Below, in pieces: positions 10,684-22,329 of a stretch of DNA of 39,860 nt; position 1 is the stretch's first letter, and every line of letters begins with the position of its first letter. The stretch comes from Chiloscyllium plagiosum (Eukaryota): positions 1-39,860 of the forward strand of contig NW_025214155.1 in NCBI RefSeq assembly GCF_004010195.1, given 5' to 3'. The translations under genes were made by a program, and so were the position numbers. Under the pieces are notes generated by a model. That model ran no database searches. It was not told where the DNA came from and saw only the letters and a program-made list of their open reading frames with translations.

Positions 10684-11810
10684 ATTAACGGATTCCACCC
10701 CACCAAATCCCTTAATGCACTAGCAGTCCCAGTCAATGTTATAAAAATTAAAATCCCCAATTATGACAATTCTTTTGCTGTTGCATGTTCCACTTCTCTG
10801 CCAGTATATTAGTTACTCTAATTCCTGGTGACAATTTCGGGTCCTATAGTACAGCCCCTATAACATCACCATACCCCTTCCTATTTATTAGCTCCATCCA
10901 CAAATCCTCGCTGTTTGATCCTTCAGTTATTTGACCTCTGATACTCCCCTGTGATACTCCCCTTAATCAGAAATGCAACTCCCTCACCACTTTCCACCAT
11001 TCTCTGTCCTGCCTAAAGCAGCTATACCCTGGCACATTAAGCTGCCAGTCCTGTCCCTTCCTTAGCTATGTTTCTGTAATGCCTGTAATATCCAGTCACA
11101 CACAGCTATCAATGCTCTGAGTTCTTCGGCCTTACCTGTCACTCCTCTTGCATTGAAATAAATGCAATTTAATAAAAACAGGCATTCTTGCTCCCTGTCG
11201 TGTTCCAGCCTGACCTGTCGTTTCGCTTTACTGTTTCTGATCTAAAAATCTGAGTGCCTTCCCCCTGCACCAATTCTTTAGTATCTGCCATATCCTTCTA
11301 TTCTGACTTTCACGAGCTCATGAAAAAGGAAGTGTTCAGGGGATTACCACTTCGAGGTCTTGGTTTTTAACTTTTCTCCTAGCTCTCTGTAATCACACTG
11401 GAGGACCTCATTCCTATATCTACGTGTATCATTTGTGATGTCAACGTGCACAATGACTTCTGGCTTTTCACCCTCCCCCTTGACAACGTTCTGCAGCCCC
11501 TCGGAGACTTCCTGAGACCTGGCACCTGGGACGTAGCACTTGTTGGATTCCAGTTTGAGGCCCCAGAATCTCCATAGTGTCCCTCCAACAATCGACTCTC
11601 CTATCTCTAAGACCCTGTTTAAATTTACAGTTTCCCGCTATGCTCCAAAATCAGTGGTACTATCACCAATTTGGCTACTGCTACTTTTGCTTGAAAGGTC
11701 GTTCCCTCCAACAGTATCAGAAGTGGTATACCTGTTTTCGTGGGGAATGGCCACAGGGGATAGCTGCACACTCTGCCTACTCCCTTTGCCATTCCAAACC
11801 TACTCTTTGC

Positions 11811-11955
11811 CTGGAACACGACAGGGAGCAAGGATTGACTGTTGGATTAAATTGTGTTTATTTAAATGCAACAGGGCAGACAAGTAAGACTGATGAACTC
11901 ATGGTATGGATGTTTATGTGGGACTGTGCCATTATTGTCATTACAGAAACATGGT
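11811..11955 (+). mobile_element. Inverted CR1 APE N-terminal fragment inside the ORF1 region of the minus-strand CR1
   Basis: Translates as GLNCVYLNATGQTSKTDEL...IIVITETW. 11811-11832 is the exact reverse complement of 11187-11208. Confidence 0.8.
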
Positions 11956-13125
11956 CAGCATGTGTCATGGCGTGACCACCACACTAAAGCAGCTATATGT
12001 GAAGGTTGCAGCATCTCCGATAATCCTGAGTGCATCCAACTCCAGCTCCCAAACGTGCTCTCCCAGAAGCTGCAGCTGGGTGCACTTTCCACACGTGTAG
12101 TCAACCGGGACGGTGGAAATCTCTCTGAGCTCCCACATCCCACAGGATGAACGTAAAACTGGCCTAACTGCCTTCCTGACTGCTGTAATAATAAATTAGA
12201 GGGACTTTATTTGTGCTTGCCTGTACTTTTTTCTGAGCTGCTGCTGTCTGAAGCCTCTCAAACCAATGACTTACTACTTACTCTGCTACCAAACGCATTT
12301 TCTCTACTCCTCCACATTTACTTTTGTTTAGGGAAGAAGGGAGACACTACAGTAATGCGATGTTTGTGCCTTAGACATTCCTTGACACCAAGCCCATGAC
12401 GACCTGCTCTCCAGAGCACGTCATTACTTGTACTTAGAGGGTGTCTTACTGAGTCTTCCTCCTGCTGGTGGTGACTGCGCTGAGGCAAATATTCATCCCA
12501 AAAGCCAATCCGCGTTGTCGCAGTCCCCTGGTCCTTTCTGTCTATTAATACTGAATTTATGAAATCCTTGAATCCGTCGATTGTATTCCAAACTGTCTCA
12601 CTCCAAATGGAGAGAAGTTATGTTCCAGTAAATACAGGGCTGTTGGATAAAGAATTGCATTAGACATTGGAGCAACATTCTTGCTATCTGCCCACTGAGT
12701 CTGCTTTTCTGTTCAATTCCGTTATATTTATTCTGAATCCCCATTCTACTTGACTGCATTTTCCCTATAACAAACTCTTGTTTAATAATCAGTCTGCCTC
12801 AGCCTTCAAGATGTTCAATGATGTAACCTCAACAGCCCTCAGAATTGTCTACAATTGTTTACCTCTCACTGTTGGGAGACTTGGTGGTCTTTAATCCTTA
12901 TTTCTAGCACTCTGTGTGAGAGTTGAGCCAACGTTAGATGTTATCGTGTCCCATCAAACCTTCGCTGTGGCCAGAGACACGAGTAAAATAAAAAATGTCA
13001 GAGCCTGTGCTCTTCTCCCTCATCTTCCGCATCAGCCTAAGTTACAGCTCACCCGGATCTGGGGATTTGTCCACCCTTTACCCTGCATAAACTTTCAATT
13101 CTTCCTTGGCTTCTGTATCAAATCG

Positions 13126-13201
13126 GAGAGAAAGTGAGGTCTGCAGATGCTGGAGATCAGAGCTGAAAATGTGTTGCTGGAACAGCAACACATGTGTTGA
13201 T
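13126..13201 (-). mobile_element. 76-bp PLE terminal fragment flanked by a 15-bp target-site duplication
   Basis: ttctgtatcaaatcg occurs at 13111-13125 and 13202-13216. The insert matches the PLE end (ctgcagatgctggagatcagag). Confidence 0.8.
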
Positions 13202-13369
13202 TTCTGTATCAAATCGTTCAATGGGCACACTGAATCCAGGAACTGCTTCTCCCAACTGAAGACCGATTGAAGCCCATGGTTAAAATATTCTGTGGCTCTG
13301 TGCACAGGCTGCCCCCTTTATCTCTAATACACCCCCTTCTGTCTGCTGTTACCCTCTTCCTCTTAATAA

Positions 13370-14480
13370 ACTGATGTTATGTCTTTGGATTCTCGTTAAT
13401 CTTACTCACTAATATTTTATCACGATTCCCATTCTGCTCTTCTACAGAAGTTTTAAGATTATCCCGACTCTTTCTATACTCATTTAGTGCATCCATTGAC
13501 CTGTTCGCTTTGCACCCGATTTCAGTTTCTCTTTCGTTTTTAATTCTGTTCTGATTTTTTTTTTGTTGACACCCGAGGTTCTCTGGGCTTGTTTTCCAAA
13601 TTTTCATCTTTCGTGTAACACATTCAGCGGACACTTTCATTAATTCCATTTTGATCAACTGATTCCCCAACCCCCCGCCACACGCTGTTCTGCTACAGTT
13701 TCACTCAGAAGACACTGTACTCTGGACAGATTCCGTCATATGTTTTCATAAAATCGGTCTCCCCAATCCAAAAACCTTTTATTTACCAGATAGTGCATTT
13801 TTAAAATATTTTCCTTCCCAAACAAAAAATGTATGATGTCATGGTTACTGGCCGTATACTGCTCTCCCAATCCTGCCTGCAATATAATGAATGGCTTTAT
13901 TCCCCACAGTGAGGCACATCACTGCCGCACCCATTGTTGTATCTGCTCCATGATGATACAAGGAGTTTCTGGAATAAATTTCAAGGCATCTGTCCTCTCT
14001 TAAGATATTATCACTGCCAGAATTAATGCTTGGAAATGAAATGCCTGTGTATAATAAACCGATTATTGTTTTGACATACCTCAGTAAATTGGCTTTATAT
14101 CTGCTTCTGTACTTTCTTTCATCTGGGGGTCTATAATATGTCCCCAGCAGTGCCTCAGCCATGGTTTTGATCCTGAGCTCTAACCACCAATGCTCATTAG
14201 AAGATATTTCCAAGATATCGCCCCTCCTTACTGTTGTAAATGACTCCATAACTAATCATGCAACATCACCTCCTATTTTAACCCTCTCCTGTCCTGCCTA
14301 TAATTCTTGTACCACAGCATATTGATTTGTCAGCCCTGACGTCCCTCAAACGCATCTCTGTAATGGCAACAATGTCACATTTCCACATGTCACCTTGTTC
14401 CCTTATTACATCTGTCTGTCCGATAACATTCCCAGCATTAAGGTAAAGCACATCCACCCTGGAATATAACACCTGGAATA
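13370..14480 (-). mobile_element. Old CR1 LINE APE-domain remnant (partly duplicated at 14809-15728)
   Basis: Motifs VLYLNAGNV...DIVAITEMRL and WLELR...LLGTYYRPP in the ORF track. Confidence 0.8.
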
Positions 14481-16056
14481 CTCTGTACCTCGGAGTTCTT
14501 CAGTCATTCACTGTTCCTTATCAAGCTGCCCAATTCATGAACCAAAACTGTAACTCTGGGACTCAATTAGAATTTGTTGAAATGCAATTTCGTTTTTACT
14601 AGATGTATGAATGAAATGCAATTTTCCAGAACTGAGCAGTCTGATCCCTATACAATGAGTTTCTGCTGATTAAATCTCTGCTCAGTGTGCAGAGGGGACA
14701 GCCGTCAGTAATAGGGAACATGAGGACGGCAGATGCTGGAGATCAGATCAGAAACGTGTGGCACTGAAAACGAACAGCCAGTCATAAACATCTGAGGAGC
14801 AAAAGTCATTTTGTTGACACCCGAGGTTCTCTGGGCTTGTTTTCCAAATTTTCATCTTTCGTGTAACACATTCAGCGGACACTTTCATTAATTCCATTTT
14901 GATCAACTGATTCCCCAACCCCCCGCCACACGCTGTTCTGCTACAGTTTCACTCAGAAGACACTGTACTCTGGACAGATTCCGTCATATGTTTTCATAAA
15001 ATCGGTCTCCCCAATCCAAAAACCTTTTATTTACCAGATAGTGCATTTTTAAAATATTTTCCTTCCCAAACAAAAAATGTATGATGTCATGGTTACTGGC
15101 CGTATACTGCTCTCCCAATCCTGCCTGCAATATACTGAATGGCTTTATTCCCCACAGTGAGGCACATCACTGCCGCACCCATTGTTGTATCTGCTCCATG
15201 ATGATACAAGGAGTTTCTGGAATAAATTTCAAGGCATCTGTCCTCTCTTAAGATATTATCACTGCCAGAATTAATGCTTGGAAATGAAATGCCTGTGTAT
15301 AATAAACCGATTATTGTTTTGACATACCTCAGTAAATTGGCTTTATATCTGCTTCTGTACTTTCTTTCATCTGGGGGTCTATAATATGTCCCCAGCAGTG
15401 CCTCAGCCATGGTTTTGATCCTGAGCTCTAACCACCAATGCTCATTAGAAGATATTTCCAAGATATCGCCCCTCCTTACTGTTGTAAATGACTCCATAAC
15501 TAATCATGCAACATCACCTCCTATTTTAACCCTCTCCTGTCCTGCCTATAATTCTTGTACCACAGCATATTGATTTGTCAGCCCTGACGTTCCTCAAACG
15601 CATCTCTGTAATGGCAATAATGTCACATTTCCACATGTCACCTTGTTCCCTTATCACATCTGTCTGTCCGATAACATACCCAGCATTAAGGTAAAGCACA
15701 TCCACCCTGGAATATAACACCTGGAATACTCTGTACCTCGGAGTTCTTCAGTCATTCACTGTTCCTTATCAAGCTGCCCAATTCATGAACCAAAACTGTA
15801 ACTCTGGGACTCAATTAGTATTTGTTGCAATGCAATTTCGTTTTTACTAGATGTATTAATGAAATGCAATTTTCCAGAACTGAGCAGTCTGATCCCCATA
15901 TAATGAGTTTCTGCTGATTAAATCTCTACTCAGTGTGCAGAGGGGACTGCCGCCAGTAATAGGGAACATGAGGACGGCAGATGCTGGAGATCAGATCAGA
16001 AACGTGTGGCACTGAAAACGAACAGCCAGTCATAAACACCTGAGGAGCAAGAGTCA
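13561..16056 (+). repeat. 1248-bp near-identical direct tandem duplication (13561-14808 / 14809-16056)
   Basis: ttttgttgacacccgagg starts at 13561 and 14809. Paired ORFs 13845/15093 and 14278/15526 are offset by 1248. Confidence 0.97.
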
Positions 16057-16086
16057 ATGATTTGGGCATCACCCCTTCATCAGGAG
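15965..16086 (-). mobile_element. PLE terminal fragment with degenerate hammerhead-like motif (truncated duplicate at 14717-14808)
   Basis: gcagatgctggagatcag...ttgggcatcaccccttcatcagg. The reverse complement contains CTGATGAAGGGGTGATGCCC. Confidence 0.75.
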
Positions 16087-16249
16087 CGCATTCATGCCTT
16101 CCAATAGTTTTCATTCCATGGTTCACAGGATATTGGGAACCATACATGTTAAGTGAAGTAGCATCGTACATAGCCCTGAAATGGAAAGCAGTTAATCAGT
16201 TGGTTGGACAGGGAGTAGACAATTTCAGGTGAAGTACAGATTAATTTAT

Positions 16250-16642
16250 GTACAAACATCAGAATAGATAAATCCTCTGGGCCAGAGGGGAAACACGTTA
16301 AGTTGCTGCAGGATCTGAGAGAAGAGATTTCTGCACATTTGTGTCTTCACTCTCCATTGGAGCAGTGCCAGATGATTGAGGGTGGCAAATGCTATACCCT
16401 TGTTCATTAAAGAGAATTGGTATAATCCTGAGAATTACAGTCCAGTCAGTCTTACATCAGTATTGGGCAAAGTAATGGAGAGGATTCTGAGAGACAGACA
16501 TTATGATTTCTTGGAAAATCATAGCTTGATTAGAAATAGTCAGCATGGCTTTGTGACGGGCAAGTGTTTGAGGATAGGATCAAACACATTGAAGAAGGTA
16601 GAGCAGTGGATGCGGTGTGCATGGATTTTAACAAGGCGTTTC
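16250..16642 (+). mobile_element. CR1 LINE RT N-terminal fragment
   Basis: RVANAIPLFIK...PENYSPVSLTSVLGKVMERILRD...SQHGFVTGK. Confidence 0.85.
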
Positions 16643-16679
16643 GTCCCATCTTTTTATTCAAAGGAGGAATGGATTTTTT

Positions 16680-16977
16680 TTAGATTCCCTACAGAGTGGA
16701 AGCAGGCCCTATGGCCCAACAAGTCCGTACCAAACCTTCAAAGAGTAACCCATTTCTCTCTGACTAATGCACCTATAACTATGGGTAATTTAACATGGTC
16801 AATTTTCCTGGCCTGGAAATCTTTGGACTGTGGGAGAAAACCGGAACACCCGGAGGAAACTCATGCAGACATGTGGGAGAATGTGCAAACTCCACACAGA
16901 GAGTCGACTGAGGTTGGAATCGAAACTGGTCCCTGGCAATGTGGGGCAGCAGTGCTCAAAACTGAGCCACGGTGCCC
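16680..16977 (-). mobile_element. HE1/V-SINE-like tRNA-derived SINE
   Basis: Reverse complement starts gggcaccgtggctcagttttgagcactgctgcc, followed by a B-box-like gtttcgattcc and the conserved central domain. Confidence 0.85.
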
Positions 16978-17240
16978 CCTGTCCACCTTCCCTCCCACCT
17001 ATCTGCTCCACCCTCCCCTCCGATGCCCACATCTCCATCAAACTACCGCACTCTCAGTTACCTTTTCCCAGCCCCAGCCCCTCACATTTATCACTCCACC
17101 GTCATGGATCCCATTCTTATTGCTGATGAAGGGTTTTTGGACGAAATATCGATTTTCCTGCTTCTTGGATGCTGCCTGAGCTGCTGTGCTTTTCCAGCTC
17201 CAGCCTCACGACTCTTACTTCCAGCATTTGCAGTCATCGG
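16978..17240 (+). mobile_element. PLE 3' terminus
   Basis: C-rich tract, then ctgatgaagggtttttggacgaaatatc (about 17123-17150) and ccagcatttgcagtc. Confidence 0.75.
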
Positions 17241-17264
17241 TCTAAAAATCTGCCTGTTTCACTG

Positions 17265-17450
17265 ATGTCCTTTGCTAAAGGAATCTAACATCGTTACCGG
17301 GTCTGGATTGAGAGTGAGTTCAGACCCACAACAATGTGCTTGGCTCAGTACTGCCTTGTGGAAAGGTGACAATTAAGGGCAATTAGTGATGGTCATCAAA
17401 TGCTGCCATTGGCAGTGATGATGACATCCCATGAAATACCAAAAATAAAC
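17265..17450 (+). mobile_element. Old SINE/LINE 3' tail fragment
   Basis: aagggcaattagtgatgg...gacatcccatgaaa followed by an A-rich end. The same tail occurs inverted at 17850-17920. Confidence 0.5.
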
Positions 17451-17844
17451 ATTAAATTAAACAAAGAAAGCTACTGAAGATCTGAAACAAAAAGACACAA
17501 AGTGCTGGGGAAACGGAACGCGTTTGGCAGTTTCTATTGAGAGAAAAACAGAGTTGACGTTTTCAGTCCACTCACCATGCAGCAGATCTGAAAGCAGCTG
17601 GGAAATAGTTAAATTGTGTTGGTCGAGTGAGGAGAATATATCGAGAAAAAGAGATATAGAGAAAAATAATCAAACAAAGGAATTGTTGATAATCAGCTGG
17701 GATGGAAATAAAATGTGATATTAATCTCGTTGATTTTTAAAATCTTTTCCATATTCCGGAGTATCATGCCTATGTAGATATATATCCAAGTCCCTGCTTA
17801 AAACGAGGTATGTCCCCTCTGTCTCTCTTCCCTGAGTGTGGTCA

Positions 17845-18280
17845 TCTTCTTTTATTCAATAATGGGACATGTGTGTCACTGGCTAGGCCAGTGTATATTT
17901 CACTTTCCGGGTTGCCCATGAGAAGGTGTTGGTGAGCTGCTTAGATCTATCTGCTATCATTTCATTGAGATCTTGTAGCGATATGACTGAATGGCTGGCT
18001 TGACCATTTCAAAGGGCAATTGAGAGTCAATCACATTTCTTTGGGTCTGGTGTCACATGTAGACCTGAACACGTGAAGGTAACAGATTTCCTTCCACGAA
18101 GGACACAAGTGGGCCAGGTTTTATTTGATAATTGACAATCTTCATTAGATTGTTCATCCAAATACTACATTGAATTCAAGTTCCACAATCTGATGAGGCG
18201 GGATTCAAGGTCCAGGTCTGAGTCATTAGCTGGGCCCCTGGGTTAATAGTCTGGAGATAATAGCACTAGACGATCGGATC
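17845..18280 (-). mobile_element. Old tRNA-derived SINE (different family from HE1)
   Basis: The right end, read as reverse complement, has a tRNA-like head (tctagtgct...cttgaatcccgcc). The left end has a tail related to 17375-17445. Confidence 0.5.
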
Positions 18281-18369
18281 CCCAGCATCTACACTGGTAA
18301 TGGGTAGTGTTGCTGCTATTGTGACTGAGGTAAAGAAATTTTTTCAGTTACATTGTCAACTATTTCAAT

Positions 18370-19440
18370 GGAGAACAGAGCTAGAATTATCAAAGAGGAA
18401 GTACTGGGGAAAAAAAGCAAAGCTCATTGGATTGAATGTTGGTAAGTTGCTGGACTAAATGAGTTACGAATTGAGAGGGTTACAGAGTTAGGGCTGGAGA
18501 GTTGTACTTGCCAGGTAGCTCTTTCGGGAGCAGGTACAGAATGGCCTGATTCTGTACCATCAATTCCTTAACTCTTTGAGGGAGGGCAAAGTTTGTCAAA
18601 GCTTTTTATGTTATGGAAAGGATACTGCAGACTTAGAAGTAACTACTGTGACCACAAATATTTAAAACAGAATACCAACTGATGAATAAATCGATCTCAG
18701 ATGTGAGAGAAACTATTAGATTTTTTTAGTAATCCACAATAACTATATCTTTGAAGAATAATGATATGATTTGCGGAGTCAGCCTAGATTTTAGAGAGGG
18801 AAATCGTTTTGATAAACCACTTGGAGTTTGGGGAGGATGTTGATTGTGACATCGACAAAGGAGAACCAATGGGAACAGTGTATTTGAATTTTCAGGGAGC
18901 TTTTGACAGGAAAGGAAGAACTTCAGAGTCCTTGTGTTCGGGGCGAATATACTACATGTATTGAGAATTGGATAATGGGGAGAATACAAAGAGTAAGGCC
19001 CTGCTCTGGACTAAAGCTCATTGCTCATAGGGATCACATGTATCAGTGCTTGGAGCACAGCTGCTCACAAGACAAAGAAATTATTTGAATGTGAGCAACA
19101 AATACAGTCCTTTTCGTTTTGAATTTATTAGAAGACTAGAGATTGGGAACTGCAGTTATCACTTACTCAATTCACATGAGCCAGCAAGTAATTAGGGCAG
19201 TAAATGGTATGTTGTCCTTCATTACAAAATGATTCAAGTGTTGAAGTAAATTCATCTTCCTGCCGCTGTAGAGTGTTTCTTGATCAGTATTTAGGCCACT
19301 GAGTACAGATTCTCTCTCCTTTATAAGGAATGATTTCATTGCAATTGAGATAGTGCAAAGTAGTTTCACCAGACTTATTCCTGGAATGATGGTACCGTGA
19401 GGAATGTGTGAAGAAAATGAGTGTTTCATCCGTGGCGCTG
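18370..19440 (+). mobile_element. Very old CR1 LINE RT remnant
   Basis: Decayed VYLNFQGAFD (18878-18908), IENW and FTRLIPG (19365-19385) motifs. Confidence 0.65.
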
Positions 19441-19609
19441 AGAGCGAATAACAGTCTTTTACATTTAAACTTGAAAATTAGGCACTAACACTCATATTGT
19501 CTAGACAAAGACTGATCATGTGCAACATTACATTTTTCCATGATATTTGATTCCCAATAGTTCAAATCCCTGCGTGGAGCCCCCATATTGGTTGAGTGGC
19601 AGCTCCAGG

Positions 19610-19945
19610 CTCTGAATGAACTCTCACAGTCTCAATATGCAATTGGTGTGCGAACCTGCACTGTTCACAAATCTGTCAGCAGCCACAATACCGTATTCCT
19701 GAAAGAGGTAACCATTCCCACCAGTTTCTAGTCTCCATAAAAAACACCAGTCTGTCTTCTCGGAGACAGAAGCTATTTAGTTGGGACTTGGCACGAACCA
19801 TCCCCCTTCCTTTCTCACCTTCAGTAAATCAAGTTAAAGTAACACGTGCACCACTGGCAATGGATCCAGGAGGAACAACATAGCGCAGTTTATCTGTGTA
19901 GTCGCTGCTTCACTGTTAGCCATGTTGTGTCATCAACGACACCTT
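19610..19945 (+). mobile_element. PIF/Harbinger (HARBI1-like) DDE transposase relic, copy 2
   Basis: Plus-strand NSHSLNMQLVCE and VCLLGDRSYLVGTW motifs with multiple stops. Alignable to 5985-6320. Confidence 0.75.
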
Positions 19946-20908
19946 ACTATTTCTGTATAATTGACTTAAAAGGCTGAATGGCCTCTTCCTGTTCACATGG
20001 AAGAGGCTCAAAGACCTGACTTGGCAACTCCTGTCTCCTGTTTAACATCTCGATGTTCTGTCTAGACTCCTTCCCTCCTTGTGTAATAAGCAGGAGGGAC
20101 TGAATTGGCTATCTCTGTTCTTGTCTAATAGTTTCAGTGGGTTGAATACATTCCATTGCAACCAGCTTGAGGTGTTGATTGAGCTCCTCTTATTTAACTG
20201 TGGGACTAGTTGGACAGCTACATGAATGTTATCTTCACTTTAGCAACACAGTTTAGATGTTATCCAGGCATTGCTGCACATGGACATGGACTGCTTCAGC
20301 AGTGGACAGGTGACAAATTATTCTTCACAGTCTTCAGTGAACATCTCCCGCCTCCGACCGTATGATGTGGGAAAGACGTTGAAGCAGCTGAAGAAAACTA
20401 CCTTGAGGATGCGCCCTGAGATATCCTGTGACAGAGATGATTGATCCTCACCAACCTTGTCCTCTGAATGCATCTAACCACTGGGGAGTTTACAATTCAT
20501 TCCCATTGCATTCAATTCTGTTCGGGTTCCTTGATACCATCCACAGTTAAATCCGGCCTTGATATCAGGGCCAGCCACTCTTACGGCGTGTTCATATCTT
20601 TTATTCATGTGAATAGGTCACAGTGTGTTTGTGAGGGGCGTTTCCTTCTCACCGAGGGTAGTGACTATCGGGACTTGTGTATTCCAGAGAGGTAGGGGAG
20701 GTAGATAAATAAGATGTTTGGAAGGGGGCACAATGGATATATGAGGCATCATAATATTGAGGGCTGCAGGTATTGAGCATAAAAGAATAGTTGAGGATTT
20801 TGCAGATTAGCTATGATCATATTGACGGGAAAAAAAAGGCAAGAAGGGCTGAATGACCTGTTCGTGTATCTGACGTTCTCTCATTCTGTTATTCGGAAGT
20901 TATTTTCC

Positions 20909-21030
20909 TGGAAGTTCTGTTATTGGATGTTGCAATCAGGGAGACCAGAGGATTTTGTGGGCCATCGCTGGGTGAGGTATGGGCGCTGTATTTACAGTGA
21001 ATCTGGATCGGCAACATGACCAACAAATGA
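20909..21030 (+). pseudogene. Decayed C-type lectin domain (CTLD)-like exon remnant
   Basis: WKFCYWM, then after a frameshift ETRGFC...GEV...*IWIG, which follows CTLD order (CY; W..A..FC; WIG). Confidence 0.45.
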
Positions 21031-21096
21031 AGACAGTTCTGCAAAGACAGAGGAGTGAGATCTTTCACTCCGTCACCTACCCTTTCTTTTCCCAAG

Positions 21097-21183
21097 AATA
21101 TTTTCCAACGCCGTGTCAAAATGTGTGTGACAGTCTTCATTGGCTGAATGGTTTCCGTTGTGTCTGTGCACCAGGTTACTGGG
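21097..21183 (+). pseudogene. Decayed EGF-like exon
   Basis: Polypyrimidine tract plus AG (21095-21096), phase 1. Translates (E)YFPTPCQNVCDSLHWLNGFRCVCAPGYWG with canonical EGF spacing. C1 (TAT) and C3 (AGT) are each one substitution from TGT. Candidate donor G|gtgaat. The 3' half also resembles the 42-bp satellite. Confidence 0.55.
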
Positions 21184-21231
21184 GTGAATGGCCTCCGACT
21201 GTTCCTGTCCAGTAGGTTTGAGAGGTTCAAT

Positions 21232-21485
21232 CGAACATAGGAACATGGAATAGAGAAGGGTTGGTCATTAGAGACTTTGAGCCTTCTCCACCAGGCACTA
21301 AGATTGTGGCTGATCAGGTTGTGGCTTCAGCCTGACTTTCCTGTCTGTAGTTCATTGTCCTTTACTATCCAATATCGTAGTAGCATGGTTTTGAATAAAT
21401 GCAAACACACAAGCACCACAAACTTCTGGGGAAGACCATTCCCACTCAAACAGCTGTGAATTTCTTCTCATCCCTGTTCAGACAG
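21232..21485 (-). mobile_element. Old CR1 LINE 3' end
   Basis: gaacataggaacatggaa tail plus decayed 3' ORF2 sequence. Confidence 0.6.
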
Positions 21486-21809
21486 GGCATGGAGATGTCT
21501 CTGTTTCATTTTCTACTCCAGCTCCTCCATTGGTCATGACACATGTTAAATGTAACTAAGTTGGTGATATGACCAATGATGTAGTTCTCAGACTAGGTCA
21601 GGTTCTTTGTTATGGACAAGTCAGGTATATAGCTTAAATTGGGAAAGGTAATTTACCAAAGTAAACTTACTCAACCTATGATGTAAAGATACATGACAAG
21701 CAGTGTGAACAAATATGTACTTTAATATTTATCTTTCAATGTATACTGAGATACACACGCAACACATGCATGAAGACAAACAGAAAAACAACTCTGTAGA
21801 ATAGCAGTT

Positions 21810-21991
21810 TGAAAGAGCTTTTCGTAGCAAAAGTTAAATTCAAGACAAAAGGAAATATTAAATTGTATTCTGCATCTGAGGTTATTCTGTTCACACAAGC
21901 TGCTGTCAATCGGATTCCTTCCTGGAACATTTGGATTTGGCTGAATTCCCTTTGCTTCTGGCAGTGTGGAGATTCCAATGAATCCTCAACA
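21810..21991 (+). pseudogene. Decayed CTLD-like exon remnant
   Basis: KGNIKLYSASEVILF...NIWIWLNSLCFWQCGDS resembles G.L..I.S..E..F...WIGLNSL...WQWSD of mannose-receptor CTLDs. Followed by gtatcc. Confidence 0.45.
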
Positions 21992-22329
21992 AGTATCCTT
22001 CACGAGTGCTAAAGATGAGTTTTCCCCTCTCATACGTTGCTGTGAGAAGGAACAAGGAAACAAAGGAAACAATAAGCCGTGACTTCTCTAGCAGGTTGCA
22101 TCTTCTCCAACTTTTAAATGAAATATGCAATAATGTTATCTGACCACCTAATTGGGCCATGTGAAGCCTCGTTGAACATGTTTGGGGCTGTACGAATCCG
22201 TCCCTGTTCCCTGCTCCATTTAGGAGCAATTTATAAGCTGTCATTTGAAGATGCATTTGTATGTGTCCTCATAATTTTGTCCAATAAATTAATGTCTTTG
22301 GACTATCTGTGTCAAAATGAATACATTGT

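Larger units (their letters stand above)
8900..12400 (-). mobile_element. CR1 LINE retaining ORF1 (zinc-finger/leucine-zipper and SGNH esterase-like) plus APE and N-terminal RT of ORF2; decayed
   Basis: Minus-strand motifs: SCGMW...DYTCGKCTQLQLL (12060-12150), IGESIVGG and PGAR-like (11515-11605), CIYFNAR..ITE (11065-11170), EHFGTNGHSS (SDH-like, about 10330-10360) and GFVRGRSCL (about 9355-9385). Confidence 0.85.

Noticed and set aside
16376..17179. Longest ORF (267 aa)
   Set aside because: It is a chance read-through of a CR1 RT fragment, an antisense SINE and a PLE terminus.
21529..21579. 10-bp inverted repeat cattggtcat / atgaccaatg with CCAAT boxes
   Set aside because: It is too short to distinguish from chance, with no promoter or transposon context.
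22150..22250. Possible CTLD C-terminal remnant (NWA..E)
   Set aside because: The motif is too short and needs multiple frameshifts.
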